Shown: piece after piece, positions 11,239 through 20,257 of the stretch
How the letters are laid out: every line of letters starts with the position of its first letter
How positions within the stretch are numbered: the first letter of the stretch is position 1
Assembly (NCBI GenBank): GCA_965223505.1
Contig: CBDCWP010000041.1
Location: forward strand, 64,001-128,000
Direction: 5' to 3'
Length of the DNA stretch: 64,000 nt
DNA from: Planctomycetota bacterium
Lineage (GTDB): Bacteria > Planctomycetota > PLA2 > JAEUHO01
Translations under genes and position numbers: made by a program
The notes under the pieces: model-generated
The model's database searches: none
What the model was told of the DNA's origin: nothing
The model's input: the letters and a program-made list of their open reading frames with translations, nothing else

Positions 11239-12429
11239 ATGCGGACAGCGCTGAATCCTCGAGTCACCGTGACCGGAACCGGCTCGTATCTGCCGGAGGA
11301 GGTCATCGACAACGAGACCCTCTCCAAGATGGTGACCGGTTACGACGCCGAGAAGTCGGGCGACTTCGGCGAGTGGGTCGACCAGGTCACGCACATCCAC
11401 GAGCGCCGGTTTTGCAGCCACGCCACGCGGACGTCGGACCTCGGGCTCGAAGCATCGAAGCAGGCGCTGGCAACCGCCGGCATCGAGCCGAAGGACCTCG
11501 GCCTGATCATCTACGCGTCGTTCACGGTGAGTCAGGATCTGCCGGGCGACCACTGCATGATGGCGGAGGACATGGGCGCGCACGACGTGCCGGTGTTCCA
11601 TTTGAAGGCCGCGTGCGCCGGGTCGATCTACGGCATGGCGATGGCCTACGGCATGATCGCCTCGGGGGTGTACGAGCACGTCCTGGTCGTCGGCTCCGAG
11701 ACGGCGAGCAAGGCGCTCAACTTCCACGACCCGATCACCTCGATCATCTTCGGTGACGGCGCGGGCGCGGTCGTGATGTCGCGCAAGACCTCCGACGGCG
11801 GCGGCATGCTGCCGCCGAAGCTCGGGTTCGACTACAGCCCCCGCAACATCCAGCTCGCGAACAGCAACATCCCCGTCGACGTCGCGCGTTTCCCGGATCG
11901 CGCGTCGCAGCCGGGCGTACAGCTGGTCGAGCAGGCGCTGGTGGAGATGGAAAGCGGTCCGAACGTGCTGCGCAGCGCGATCAACGCGATGGCCGGCGAG
12001 GTCGCCGCCTGCCTTGGCTACGAGCGCCGCGACATTCGGCGCAAGGACGCGGGTCTGATGGAGACGCTCCAGAAGGCGTTCGTGATTCCCCACCAGGCCA
12101 ACGGACGCATCATCGACGGGCTTTGCGACAAGCTGAAGATGGAGCCGGACTACGTGACCCGGACGATCTACCGGTACGGCAACATCTCCGCGGCGAGCAA
12201 CCTGATCGCGCTCGACTACGCATTGCGGAGTGGCAACATGTCGCGGACGCTCGACGACGAGGGCCGGGTGCTCGAGATCCACGAGGGAACGGGCCGTCGG
12301 ATCGCGGAGGGCGACCTGGTGTTGTTGCCTTCGATCGGCGGCGGGTACCTGATGGGTTGCGCCGGGTTCGTGGCCGAGAAGGCGTTGGTCGAGGCGGTCG
12401 GCCGGACCGAGGCGGTCGCGACGGCGTAG
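11239..12429 (+). CDS. 3-oxoacyl-ACP synthase III (FabH-like)
   Basis: GTGSYLP, AACAG (Cys), IFGDGAGAVV, PHQAN (His), YGNISAAS (Asn); GGAG RBS before ATG 11239. Confidence 0.88.
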   Translation: MRTALNPRVTVTGTGSYLPEEVIDNETLSKMVTGYDAEKSGDFGEWVDQVTHIHERRFCSHATRTSDLGLEASKQALATAGIEPKDLGLIIYASFTVSQDLPGDHCMMAEDMGAHDVPVFHLKAACAGSIYGMAMAYGMIASGVYEHVLVVGSETASKALNFHDPITSIIFGDGAGAVVMSRKTSDGGGMLPPKLGFDYSPRNIQLANSNIPVDVARFPDRASQPGVQLVEQALVEMESGPNVLRSAINAMAGEVAACLGYERRDIRRKDAGLMETLQKAFVIPHQANGRIIDGLCDKLKMEPDYVTRTIYRYGNISAASNLIALDYALRSGNMSRTLDDEGRVLEIHEGTGRRIAEGDLVLLPSIGGGYLMGCAGFVAEKALVEAVGRTEAVATA

Positions 12430-12466
12430 GTCGCGCATACGTGCGCCGGCCCTTGTGCGCGGGCGC

Positions 12467-12546
12467 GTAGGGGCGACTGTTGTGGTCATCACGTAGGGGC
12501 AGCCCTTGTGGCTGCCCAATTGGGCGACCACAAGGGTCGCCCCTAC
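12467..12546. repeat. GTAG-family REP / REPIN cluster
   Basis: GTAGGGGCAGCCCTTGTGGCTGCCC (12493-12517), inverted copy reading GTAGGGGCGACCCTTGTGGTCGCCC on minus (12522-12546), degenerate copy from 12467; between convergent genes. Confidence 0.85.
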
Positions 12547-12561
12547 GACGGCACGCCGCCC

Positions 12562-13848
12562 CTAGCGGACGACCTTCGTGCGCTCTCCCCGGCGGACCAG
12601 CTCGATCTCGAGCGCGCCGTTGTCGTGCACCGGCCCGCGCAGCAGAGCGGGCAACATCTTCGTGCCCGTCACCGCCTGGCCGTTGACCGACAGCACGATG
12701 TCGTTGCGCTTCATGCCCATCTGCTCGGCCTGCGATCCCGGAATCACCGACTTCACCAGCACACCCTCGTCGCGCCCCAGCGAGAGGTGGTACGCGAGCA
12801 CACTGTCCACCGGTACCACCACGATGCCGAAGGTACGCGCGGTCCTCTCCGTACGGCTCGGCGTCGTCGGCCGGAACGGCTCCAACCGGAACCCGCGCTG
12901 ACCCGGCCGCACGAACTGCGTCGGTCCGAAGCTGAACGTGATACCGCTCTTGAGCTTGTCCAGGCGCTCCTTCAGGTGCGGGTGCTCCTTCTTGATCTCG
13001 TCGAGGCTCTCGCCCTTGTAGACCTTCTGGACCGGCTTGCCCTCCTCGTCCTGCTCGGTGACCGTGACGGTGGCTCCGGTGCCGTCCTCGCGCACGGTGA
13101 GCCCCTGCGACGAGAAGAACGTCGTTCCGCTCCCCCCGGGACCGATGCGAATGCTCGTTCCGCCCTGTCCCAAGAGGTCACGCCACTGCGCGAACGGATC
13201 GAGTTGCTTCTTCAGCTCGTCCATGCCCGCATGTCGCTTGAGATCGGGATTGCGCGCGAGGATCTCGTCGAGATCACGCCCGCGATACACCTGCTCGCGC
13301 TCGACTCCGTTGGCGTCTTTCGTCTTCGCGATCAGCTTGGCTCCGTCGATCTTCTGCTCGAGCACGAGGCCGGGCGCCTTGAACCGGCGTGCGCCGAAGA
13401 AGTCCCAGCCGGGACCGCCCAGGCCGCTGCGACCGCGGTGGAGACGCTTCATCATCTCGCGAATCGCTTCCATCTGCCGCTGCAGGTCGGACTGCGCAGA
13501 GGGTTCGTCCTCGTCGTCTTCGGGCTCGATCTCCGTGCCGTCGAGCGGCTGCGCCTCGCCGCCCTTCAGGCGCCGCAGGATCTGCTCCGCCCGCCATCGG
13601 GTCTCGGGGCTTTCGCCTTTCTTGGCGGCCTCTTCGAGCGCCGGACGGGCCGCTTCGCCGATCTTCGTGAGCTCCTCGCTGGCGGCCGTGCGGGTCTGGT
13701 AGTCGTCGGCGCCGAGGCGTCGGATCAGCTCTTGGATCCGCTCTGCGTCCGCGCCCGGCTCGGGGGCCGGCGGTTCGTCCGCCAGGACCCAGGCGGCGCC
13801 GAGCGGCAGCAGCAACAACACGGTCAGCGTGAAGGCGGTGGTGCGCAT
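12562..13848 (-). CDS. Secreted protein with N-terminal HEAT-like repeat and C-terminal PDZ domain
   Basis: Signal peptide; LIRRLGADDYQTRTAASEEL..PETRWRAEQIL; GVLVKSVIPGSQAEQMGMKRNDIVLSVNG PDZ. Confidence 0.78.
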   Translation of the reverse strand: MRTTAFTLTVLLLLPLGAAWVLADEPPAPEPGADAERIQELIRRLGADDYQTRTAASEELTKIGEAARPALEEAAKKGESPETRWRAEQILRRLKGGEAQPLDGTEIEPEDDEDEPSAQSDLQRQMEAIREMMKRLHRGRSGLGGPGWDFFGARRFKAPGLVLEQKIDGAKLIAKTKDANGVEREQVYRGRDLDEILARNPDLKRHAGMDELKKQLDPFAQWRDLLGQGGTSIRIGPGGSGTTFFSSQGLTVREDGTGATVTVTEQDEEGKPVQKVYKGESLDEIKKEHPHLKERLDKLKSGITFSFGPTQFVRPGQRGFRLEPFRPTTPSRTERTARTFGIVVVPVDSVLAYHLSLGRDEGVLVKSVIPGSQAEQMGMKRNDIVLSVNGQAVTGTKMLPALLRGPVHDNGALEIELVRRGERTKVVR

Positions 13849-14804
13849 CACTTTTCTCCCGAATTAGGGGTTCCGGGTGTCTCCTCGAACTCGAGGAGCT
13901 CCATCTTCCCATCCCTACGTCGGACGCGTACGCGGAGTTTGTCGCCGGCCCGAATCCGGGCCTCGGCCGCCGCCAGCCGCTCCGAGGTGGGGTAGTTCCC
14001 GTCGATCTCCAGGATCGCGTCGCCCTCCGCCAGGCCCATGCGGGCCGCCGGCGATCCCTCCTCGATGGCGCCGAGGCGGACGGCAACTGCATCCTCATGC
14101 AGTGAGATGCGGGCTACGAACGCGATCTCGGCACCCGCGAAATTCGGGGCCTGCGATTCGAACCAGCTGCCACGGAGTGGAGGGCCTACGGAGAGTAGGA
14201 CGCGCCAAATCTCGGCATAGACACGATCATTCCTGTGCCGAATCAGACGCGTCATCAGACGGGCGGCTGCCTCATGGGTCGTCCCGTAGCGGAGCATCCT
14301 CGCCAACTCTGCGAGCACCGACTCGTAGATGGGTGCTCGCCCCGCATCGTCCTTCACGTCGAGGTATGCGAGGAGCAGCGCACCCGTCATCTCCGCAATG
14401 CCCTCTGCGCCCCTCGAAAACGGCCCGCCCAGTCCCTCAAGCGCGGAGGTCTTGGACGCAGCCGGCTCGTAGTCCTCCGGAAACCGCCCGCCGTTGCGCA
14501 AGAGCACCCGGAGATCCTCACGCAAGCGCTTTCGCGAAGCGGCCTCGTCGTCGGCGTCCTCCGCGTCGTCCCCGGCGTCCATCGGCAGGTGCTCTTCGTG
14601 CAGCACGAGGTCGACCGCGACGCGCACGAAGCCGCGCTCCCCCATCTGCACGTGCAGCGCTTCTCTCGTCGCTTCGTCGAGCGCGGTGACGTCGAGATGG
14701 CGCGTGGCCCCGCCGTGCTCGTAGAGCCAGATCTCCTGCTCGACGTCTTTGGCGTGCGCGGCCACGGCGCACAGGAGAACGGAAGCAAGCCAGACGCACC
14801 GCAT
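13848..14804 (-). CDS. Secreted PDZ-domain protein
   Basis: Signal peptide ending AHA; C-terminal GSPAARMGLAEGDAILEIDG..VRVRRRDG PDZ. Confidence 0.72.
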   Translation of the reverse strand: MRCVWLASVLLCAVAAHAKDVEQEIWLYEHGGATRHLDVTALDEATREALHVQMGERGFVRVAVDLVLHEEHLPMDAGDDAEDADDEAASRKRLREDLRVLLRNGGRFPEDYEPAASKTSALEGLGGPFSRGAEGIAEMTGALLLAYLDVKDDAGRAPIYESVLAELARMLRYGTTHEAAARLMTRLIRHRNDRVYAEIWRVLLSVGPPLRGSWFESQAPNFAGAEIAFVARISLHEDAVAVRLGAIEEGSPAARMGLAEGDAILEIDGNYPTSERLAAAEARIRAGDKLRVRVRRRDGKMELLEFEETPGTPNSGEK

Positions 14805-14810
14805 GGGTGA

Positions 14811-15932
14811 CTACTTCTTCTTCTGCTGGTTTCTCGGGGGCTTCTTGGACTTCGAGCTCTTGGCCTTCGCCTTGGTCTTGCTCTTCGCCTCGGGCGCCTC
14901 GGCCTTCTGCTCGACCGGCGCCGGCTGCTCGGGCGGCGGCGCCAGCGGCTCGAGCCCGTTGCCCAGCGCGCGCAGGCGCGCATAGCGGGCTTCCATGCGC
15001 TCGTCGTCGTCCATCGCCGTCAGCTCGTCGAGGTGACGAACGATGACGTCCTTGACGTTGGCGATCATCTGCTTCGGGTCGCGATGGGCGCCGCCGAGCG
15101 GCTCCGGCACGACCTCGTCCACGACCTTGAGCTTCACCAGGTCGTCGCTCGTCAGGCGTAGCGCCGTCGCGGCGTCCGCCGCGCGTCCGCCGTCACGCCA
15201 CAGGATCGACGCACAACCCTCCGGCGAGATGACGGAGTAGTACGCGTACTGCTGCATGAGCACGCGGTCGCCGACGCCGATGCCCAACGCGCCACCGCTG
15301 CCGCCCTCGCCGATGACCATGCAGATCGTCGGAACCTTGAGCCGGCACATCTCGAGGATGTTCTCCGCGATCGCCCAAGCCTGGCCGCGCTCTTCCGCGC
15401 CGACGCCCGGGTAGGCGCCCGGCGTATTGATCATCGTGACGATCGGCAGGCCGAAGCGCTCGGCCAGACGCATCTTCAGCAGCGCCTTGCGGTAGCCCTC
15501 CGGATGCGCGCACCCGAAGTTGCACTTCAGCTTCTCCTTGGTGTCGCGTCCCTTGCGGTGCCCGATCATCAGGAACTTGCGGTGACCGATGCGCGCGAAG
15601 CCGGTGCTGATCGCGTGGTCGTCGCCGTACAGACGGTCGCCGTGCAGCTCGACGTACTCGTCGCACATGCCGTCGACGTATTCCATGAACTGCGGCCGGC
15701 GCGGATGCCGCGCCACCTGGACGGTCTGCCAAGGCGTGAGCTTGCCGAAGATCTCCTCGAGCAAGCGGTCGCGCTTGACCTCGAGCGGCTTCAGCTCGCC
15801 GTTGAGGTTGACGTCGGGGATCGCGCGCAGCTCGTCGATCTTCCGCTCGAGCTCGAGGATCGGGCGCTCGAAGGAGAGCACGGCGTGCTCGTCCCGTCGC
15901 TGGCCTCCGGTGCTCGACGGCGCCTCAGGCAT
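14811..15932 (-). CDS. accA: Acetyl-CoA carboxylase carboxyltransferase alpha subunit
   Basis: LSFERPI, VARHPRRP, LHGDR, NFGCAHPEGYRKA, TPGAYPG, EGGSGGALG, YSVISPEGCA; Lys-rich tail; start approximate. Confidence 0.95.
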   Translation of the reverse strand: MPEAPSSTGGQRRDEHAVLSFERPILELERKIDELRAIPDVNLNGELKPLEVKRDRLLEEIFGKLTPWQTVQVARHPRRPQFMEYVDGMCDEYVELHGDRLYGDDHAISTGFARIGHRKFLMIGHRKGRDTKEKLKCNFGCAHPEGYRKALLKMRLAERFGLPIVTMINTPGAYPGVGAEERGQAWAIAENILEMCRLKVPTICMVIGEGGSGGALGIGVGDRVLMQQYAYYSVISPEGCASILWRDGGRAADAATALRLTSDDLVKLKVVDEVVPEPLGGAHRDPKQMIANVKDVIVRHLDELTAMDDDERMEARYARLRALGNGLEPLAPPPEQPAPVEQKAEAPEAKSKTKAKAKSSKSKKPPRNQQKKK

Positions 15933-16131
15933 GCCTCTTCGATCCTCCGCGGTTTCGGCAGGGTCAGGGGTGCCTCCCACGGCCGCACGCGAGTGAATCG
16001 CGCCTGCCCGGCGCCCGAGGGGGCGAACAATGATATCCCAAGCCGCGGCACGGCCGCCGGATAAGGACGCCTGATTTCGGGATCACGGATCCCAACTCCA
16101 CGGGCGACCCCGGGGCGGGCACGATGCCACG

Positions 16132-19100
16132 ATGGACACCGTACCCCCCTCCGCCTCCCCCCGGAAGCCTTCCGGCCGGGGCCGACAGCGGAAACGCGCG
16201 CAGATCGTCTACCGCCTCGAGATCGGCGTACGCCCCGATCTGCTGGACCCTGCCGGGCTGGAGGCGGGCGCAAACCTCACCGACGCGGGTCTGCCCGACG
16301 TCGCCGATGTTAGGGTCGTTCGGACGTTCTTCCTCCGCGGCCCCAAGATCTACTTCAAGCCGCAGGACGCGCTCATCGCGGCGCGCGAGGTGCTGTGCGA
16401 CCCGGTGCAGGACGACTTCGTCGTGGACGGGAACCTGCGGCTCAGGCCCGACGCCGGTTCGGCGGCGACGGGCAAGCCGCGCATCGTGACGGTCATCCGC
16501 AAGGCGGGCGTGACCAACCCGGAGGCCCAGAGCGCCAACATCGCATTGCGCGGCGTGGGTCTGAACGTCGAAGAGGTGCAGACCGCGCGCACGTACGCGG
16601 TGTGGACCCGCGCCTCCACCGCGAAGGTGCTCGCGGCGGCGCGACGCGCGCTCGGCAACGACGTCATCGAGGACGTCGTCCCCGGCCGCATCGAGGACTA
16701 CCGCTTCCCCAGCCCCAAGCCGGCGCGCGCAAAGCGACGAACCGTAAAGCTTCGCGGGCTCGCCGGGCCGGCGCTCGAGATGCTCTCCGCGAAGATGGGG
16801 CTTTCGTTGACCCGCCTCGAGATGGAGACGATCCAGGCGCACTTCAAGCAGCTCCGACGCGAACCGACCGACGTGGAGCTCGAGACGTTGGCGCAAACCT
16901 GGTCCGAGCACTGCAAGCACAAGACGCTCGCGGGCGCCGTACGCATGCGCGACGAAGACGGCGAGCGCCGCTACGAGAACCTGCTCAAGCAAACCGTCTT
17001 CGAAGCGACGAAGCGGCTGAACAAGCCGTGGTGCTGGAGCGTGTTCGTCGACAACGCCGGCGTCATCGACTTCGACGGCGAAGACGGCGTCTGCATGAAG
17101 GTGGAGACGCACAACCACCCCAGCGCCATCGAACCGTACGGGGGCGCGGGCACGGGCATCGGCGGCGTCATCCGAGACATCCTCGGCACCGGGCTCGGGG
17201 CGCGCCCGGTGGCCAACACCGACATCTTCTGCTTCGGCGACCCGTCGCTCGACAACGCCGACGTGCCGAAGGGCGCCATGCATCCGCTGCGACTGCTCAA
17301 AGGCGTCGTCTCGGGCGTTCGCGACTACGGCAACCGCATGGGCATTCCGACGGTGAACGGCGCGATCCTGTTCGACCCGCGTTACGTCGGCAACCCGGTC
17401 GTGTACGCGGGCTGCGTCGGCTTGATCCCGCGCAAGGACGTGCACAAGGCCGCTCGGCCGGGCGACCTCGTGGTCGCGTTCGGCGGACGCACGGGGCGCG
17501 ACGGCATCCACGGCGCGACGTTCTCCAGCGTCGAGCTGCACGCGGAGAGCGAGACCGTCTCGTCGGGCGCGGTGCAGATCGGCGACCCCATCACCGAGAA
17601 GAAGGTGCTCGACGTGCTCCTGCAGGGCCGCGACATGGGCCTGTTCACCGCGGTGACCGACTGCGGCGCGGGCGGCTTCTCGAGCGCCGTCGGCGAGATG
17701 GGCGAAGAGACCGGCGCCGACGTGGACCTTTCCGCGGCGCCGCTCAAGTACGAGGGGCTCGACGCCTTCGAGGTGTGGATCAGCGAGGCGCAGGAGCGCA
17801 TGGTCGCGGCCATTCCGCCCAAGAAGTGGCCGAAGTTTCGGCTGCTCTGCGAGTCGGAGAACGTCGAGGCGGTCGTGCTCGGCTCGTTCACCAGCGATCG
17901 ACGCCTGAAGGTGCGCCACGGCAAGACGCTCCTGGCCGATCTCGACATGGGCTTCATGCACGACGGGCTGCCGCGCATCGAGCGCGAGGCGGTCTTCGTC
18001 GCGTCCACCGAGCGCGAGCCGAAGCTGCGCGCCCGCAAGCGCTACGACAAGGACCTGCTCGGCCTGCTTTCGATGCCGCAGATCGGCTCGAAGGAGTGGG
18101 TCATCCGCCAGTACGACCACGAGGTGCAGGCCGGCGCGGTGGTGCGGCCGCTGAGCGGTCCGAACCACGGTCCGGCCGACGCCGCGGTGTTGGCGCCTAA
18201 GCTCGGATCCAAGCGCGGCATCGTGCTCTCCAACGGCATCAATCCCGCGTACGGCGACATCGACCCGTACGCCATGGCCATGTGCGTCGTCGACGAAGCG
18301 ATGCGCAACGCGGTCGCCGTCGGGGCGGATCCAGCGCGCGTCGCGATCCTGGACAACTTCACGTGGGGCAACTGCAGCCGTCCGGAGACACTCGGAACGA
18401 TCGTGCGCGCGGCGGAAGGGTGCCGCGACGCGGCGTTGCTCTTCAAGACGCCGTTCATCTCGGGCAAGGACTCGCTCAACAACGAGTTCCGAACGTCGGA
18501 CGGGACGTTGATCGTCGTACCGCCCACGCTGCTCGTCTCGGCGGTGGGCGTCATCGCGGACGTGCGCAAGACGTGCACGCTGGACCTCAAGCGCGCCGGC
18601 AACCGCATCTACGTCATCGGCGAGACGCACGACGAGTGCGGCGGCGGCCACTGGTACCGGATGCGTGGCAAGCTCGGCCGAAACGTGCCGGCGGTTCGCA
18701 AGGACGCGCTGAAGACCATGAAGTGCGTGTCGCAGCTCGTGCGGCGCGGCTGGGTGCGGGCCGCGCACGACCCGTCGGAAGGCGGCCTCGCGGTGGCGGC
18801 GGCGGAGATGGCGTTCGCATCGAATTTCGGCATGCACCTCGACCTCTCGCGCGTGCCGGCGACCACGAAGGACAACGCCAAGCTGCTGTTCAGCGAGAGC
18901 GCGTCGCGCTTCCTGCTGGAGGTGGCGCCGGAGCAGCGGGAGCACGTCGAGGCGGCGCTTCGAAAGGCGGGCGTCGCGTTCGCGAACGCGGGGCGCGTCA
19001 CGCGTGACCCGGTGATTCGCATCACGGGACGCGCCGACGTCGACGGTCGCTCCCGCAAGGTCGATCTCGTCGACGTGAAGACCGAGAAGGCCCGCACGGC

Positions 19101-19140
19101 TTGGCAGCACGCCCTGCCGATTCGCGAGGAGACGCACTGA
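16132..19140 (+). CDS. purL: Phosphoribosylformylglycinamidine synthase PurL with N-terminal PurS-like extension
   Basis: WSEHCKHK, KVETHNHPSAIEPYGGAGTG, GRDGIHGATFSS, DCGAGG, ISEAQERM, QYDHEV, FISGKDSLNN. Confidence 0.95.
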   Translation: MDTVPPSASPRKPSGRGRQRKRAQIVYRLEIGVRPDLLDPAGLEAGANLTDAGLPDVADVRVVRTFFLRGPKIYFKPQDALIAAREVLCDPVQDDFVVDGNLRLRPDAGSAATGKPRIVTVIRKAGVTNPEAQSANIALRGVGLNVEEVQTARTYAVWTRASTAKVLAAARRALGNDVIEDVVPGRIEDYRFPSPKPARAKRRTVKLRGLAGPALEMLSAKMGLSLTRLEMETIQAHFKQLRREPTDVELETLAQTWSEHCKHKTLAGAVRMRDEDGERRYENLLKQTVFEATKRLNKPWCWSVFVDNAGVIDFDGEDGVCMKVETHNHPSAIEPYGGAGTGIGGVIRDILGTGLGARPVANTDIFCFGDPSLDNADVPKGAMHPLRLLKGVVSGVRDYGNRMGIPTVNGAILFDPRYVGNPVVYAGCVGLIPRKDVHKAARPGDLVVAFGGRTGRDGIHGATFSSVELHAESETVSSGAVQIGDPITEKKVLDVLLQGRDMGLFTAVTDCGAGGFSSAVGEMGEETGADVDLSAAPLKYEGLDAFEVWISEAQERMVAAIPPKKWPKFRLLCESENVEAVVLGSFTSDRRLKVRHGKTLLADLDMGFMHDGLPRIEREAVFVASTEREPKLRARKRYDKDLLGLLSMPQIGSKEWVIRQYDHEVQAGAVVRPLSGPNHGPADAAVLAPKLGSKRGIVLSNGINPAYGDIDPYAMAMCVVDEAMRNAVAVGADPARVAILDNFTWGNCSRPETLGTIVRAAEGCRDAALLFKTPFISGKDSLNNEFRTSDGTLIVVPPTLLVSAVGVIADVRKTCTLDLKRAGNRIYVIGETHDECGGGHWYRMRGKLGRNVPAVRKDALKTMKCVSQLVRRGWVRAAHDPSEGGLAVAAAEMAFASNFGMHLDLSRVPATTKDNAKLLFSESASRFLLEVAPEQREHVEAALRKAGVAFANAGRVTRDPVIRITGRADVDGRSRKVDLVDVKTEKARTAWQHALPIREETH

Positions 19141-20033
19141 TGCCCAGGACCGCCGTGAAGAAGCGCTCGACGAAGAAGAGACAGACGGCGCCGAAGAAGC
19201 GCGCGCGGAAGCCGAGGAAGACCGCGACAAAGACGCCGCGCATCCTGGTGCTGCGCGCGCCCGGTACGAACTGCGACCGCGAGACCGCGTTCGCCTTCGA
19301 GGCCGCGGGCGCCGAGGCGCAGGGGCTTCACGTCAACGCGCTGTTGTCGCGACCGAAGCTGCTTCGCGACGCGCACGGCCTGGCGATTCCGGGCGGGTTC
19401 TCGTACGGCGACGACCTGGGGGCCGGAACGGTGCTCGGCACGACGCTGCGCGTGCGACTGCGCGACGCGATTCGCGAGCTCGTGGATCGCGGCGGCATCG
19501 TGCTCGGCATCTGCAACGGGTTCCAGGTGCTGGTGAAGACGGGACTGCTGCCCGGCCTGGACGGCGACGCGCTCGCGGCGGGAGAGAGCCCGCGGCGAAC
19601 GGCGTCGCTCGCATCGAACGTCCAGAACCGCTACGAGGACCGCTGGGTCACGCTCGAAGCCGTGAGCGGCAAGAGCGTGTTCTTCCGGAAGGGCGACGTG
19701 ATCCAGTGCCCGATCGCGCACGCCGAGGGGCGCTTCCTGCCGAAGGACGAGGCGGAGCTCGAGCGGATCAGGGCCGAGGACCAGATCGCCTTGCGGTACG
19801 TCGCGCCCGACGGGACGCGGCCGGCGCCGTTTCCGTACAACCCCAACGGCTCGACGGACGACATCGCGGGGATCTGCGACTGGACGGGCCGCATCCTGGG
19901 GTTGATGCCGCATCCCGAGCGCAATCAATTCCCGTGGCAGTCGCCGAAGTTCCACGCGGGCAACGCGCCGAAGCGGCCCGAAGGCATGATTCCGTTCCGG
20001 AATGCGGTGAGGTACCTCAAGCGGCTGGTCTAG
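19140..20033 (+). CDS. purQ: Phosphoribosylformylglycinamidine synthase glutaminase subunit PurQ
   Basis: PGTNCDRET, PGGFSYGD, GICNGFQ, NPNGS, GLMPHPER; ATG overlaps purL TGA. Confidence 0.95.
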   Translation: MPRTAVKKRSTKKRQTAPKKRARKPRKTATKTPRILVLRAPGTNCDRETAFAFEAAGAEAQGLHVNALLSRPKLLRDAHGLAIPGGFSYGDDLGAGTVLGTTLRVRLRDAIRELVDRGGIVLGICNGFQVLVKTGLLPGLDGDALAAGESPRRTASLASNVQNRYEDRWVTLEAVSGKSVFFRKGDVIQCPIAHAEGRFLPKDEAELERIRAEDQIALRYVAPDGTRPAPFPYNPNGSTDDIAGICDWTGRILGLMPHPERNQFPWQSPKFHAGNAPKRPEGMIPFRNAVRYLKRLV

Positions 20034-20257
20034 GGAGTGCGCTCCGCTCCTGTTCCCGATGTGCCGGTGGGAGCAGCGCGGCCCCTCAACCTCGTGACGT
20101 GCCAGTGGGCAGCCGCTCCGTATCGGCCCTGGTACACGTCCTCGGTTCAAAGTCCGACCGTGCAGCGTTAGCAAGCACCGGTACGATGATCCGGGTCCTC
20201 GACGGTGCGATTACCGGCGCTTTGAAGACCGGCGAGGACGAGCGCGGGGGTGCGGCG

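Noticed and set aside
11239..12429. FabH-like gene as the core of a secondary-metabolite cluster
   Set aside because: No ACP, tailoring or other biosynthetic genes nearby; flanked by addB and a REPIN.
15964..19230. Very long antisense ORFs (also 39348-42167, 42433-44604, 49283-51535, 8090-9952)
   Set aside because: Shadow frames opposite well-supported genes, expected at this GC content; no recognisable motifs.
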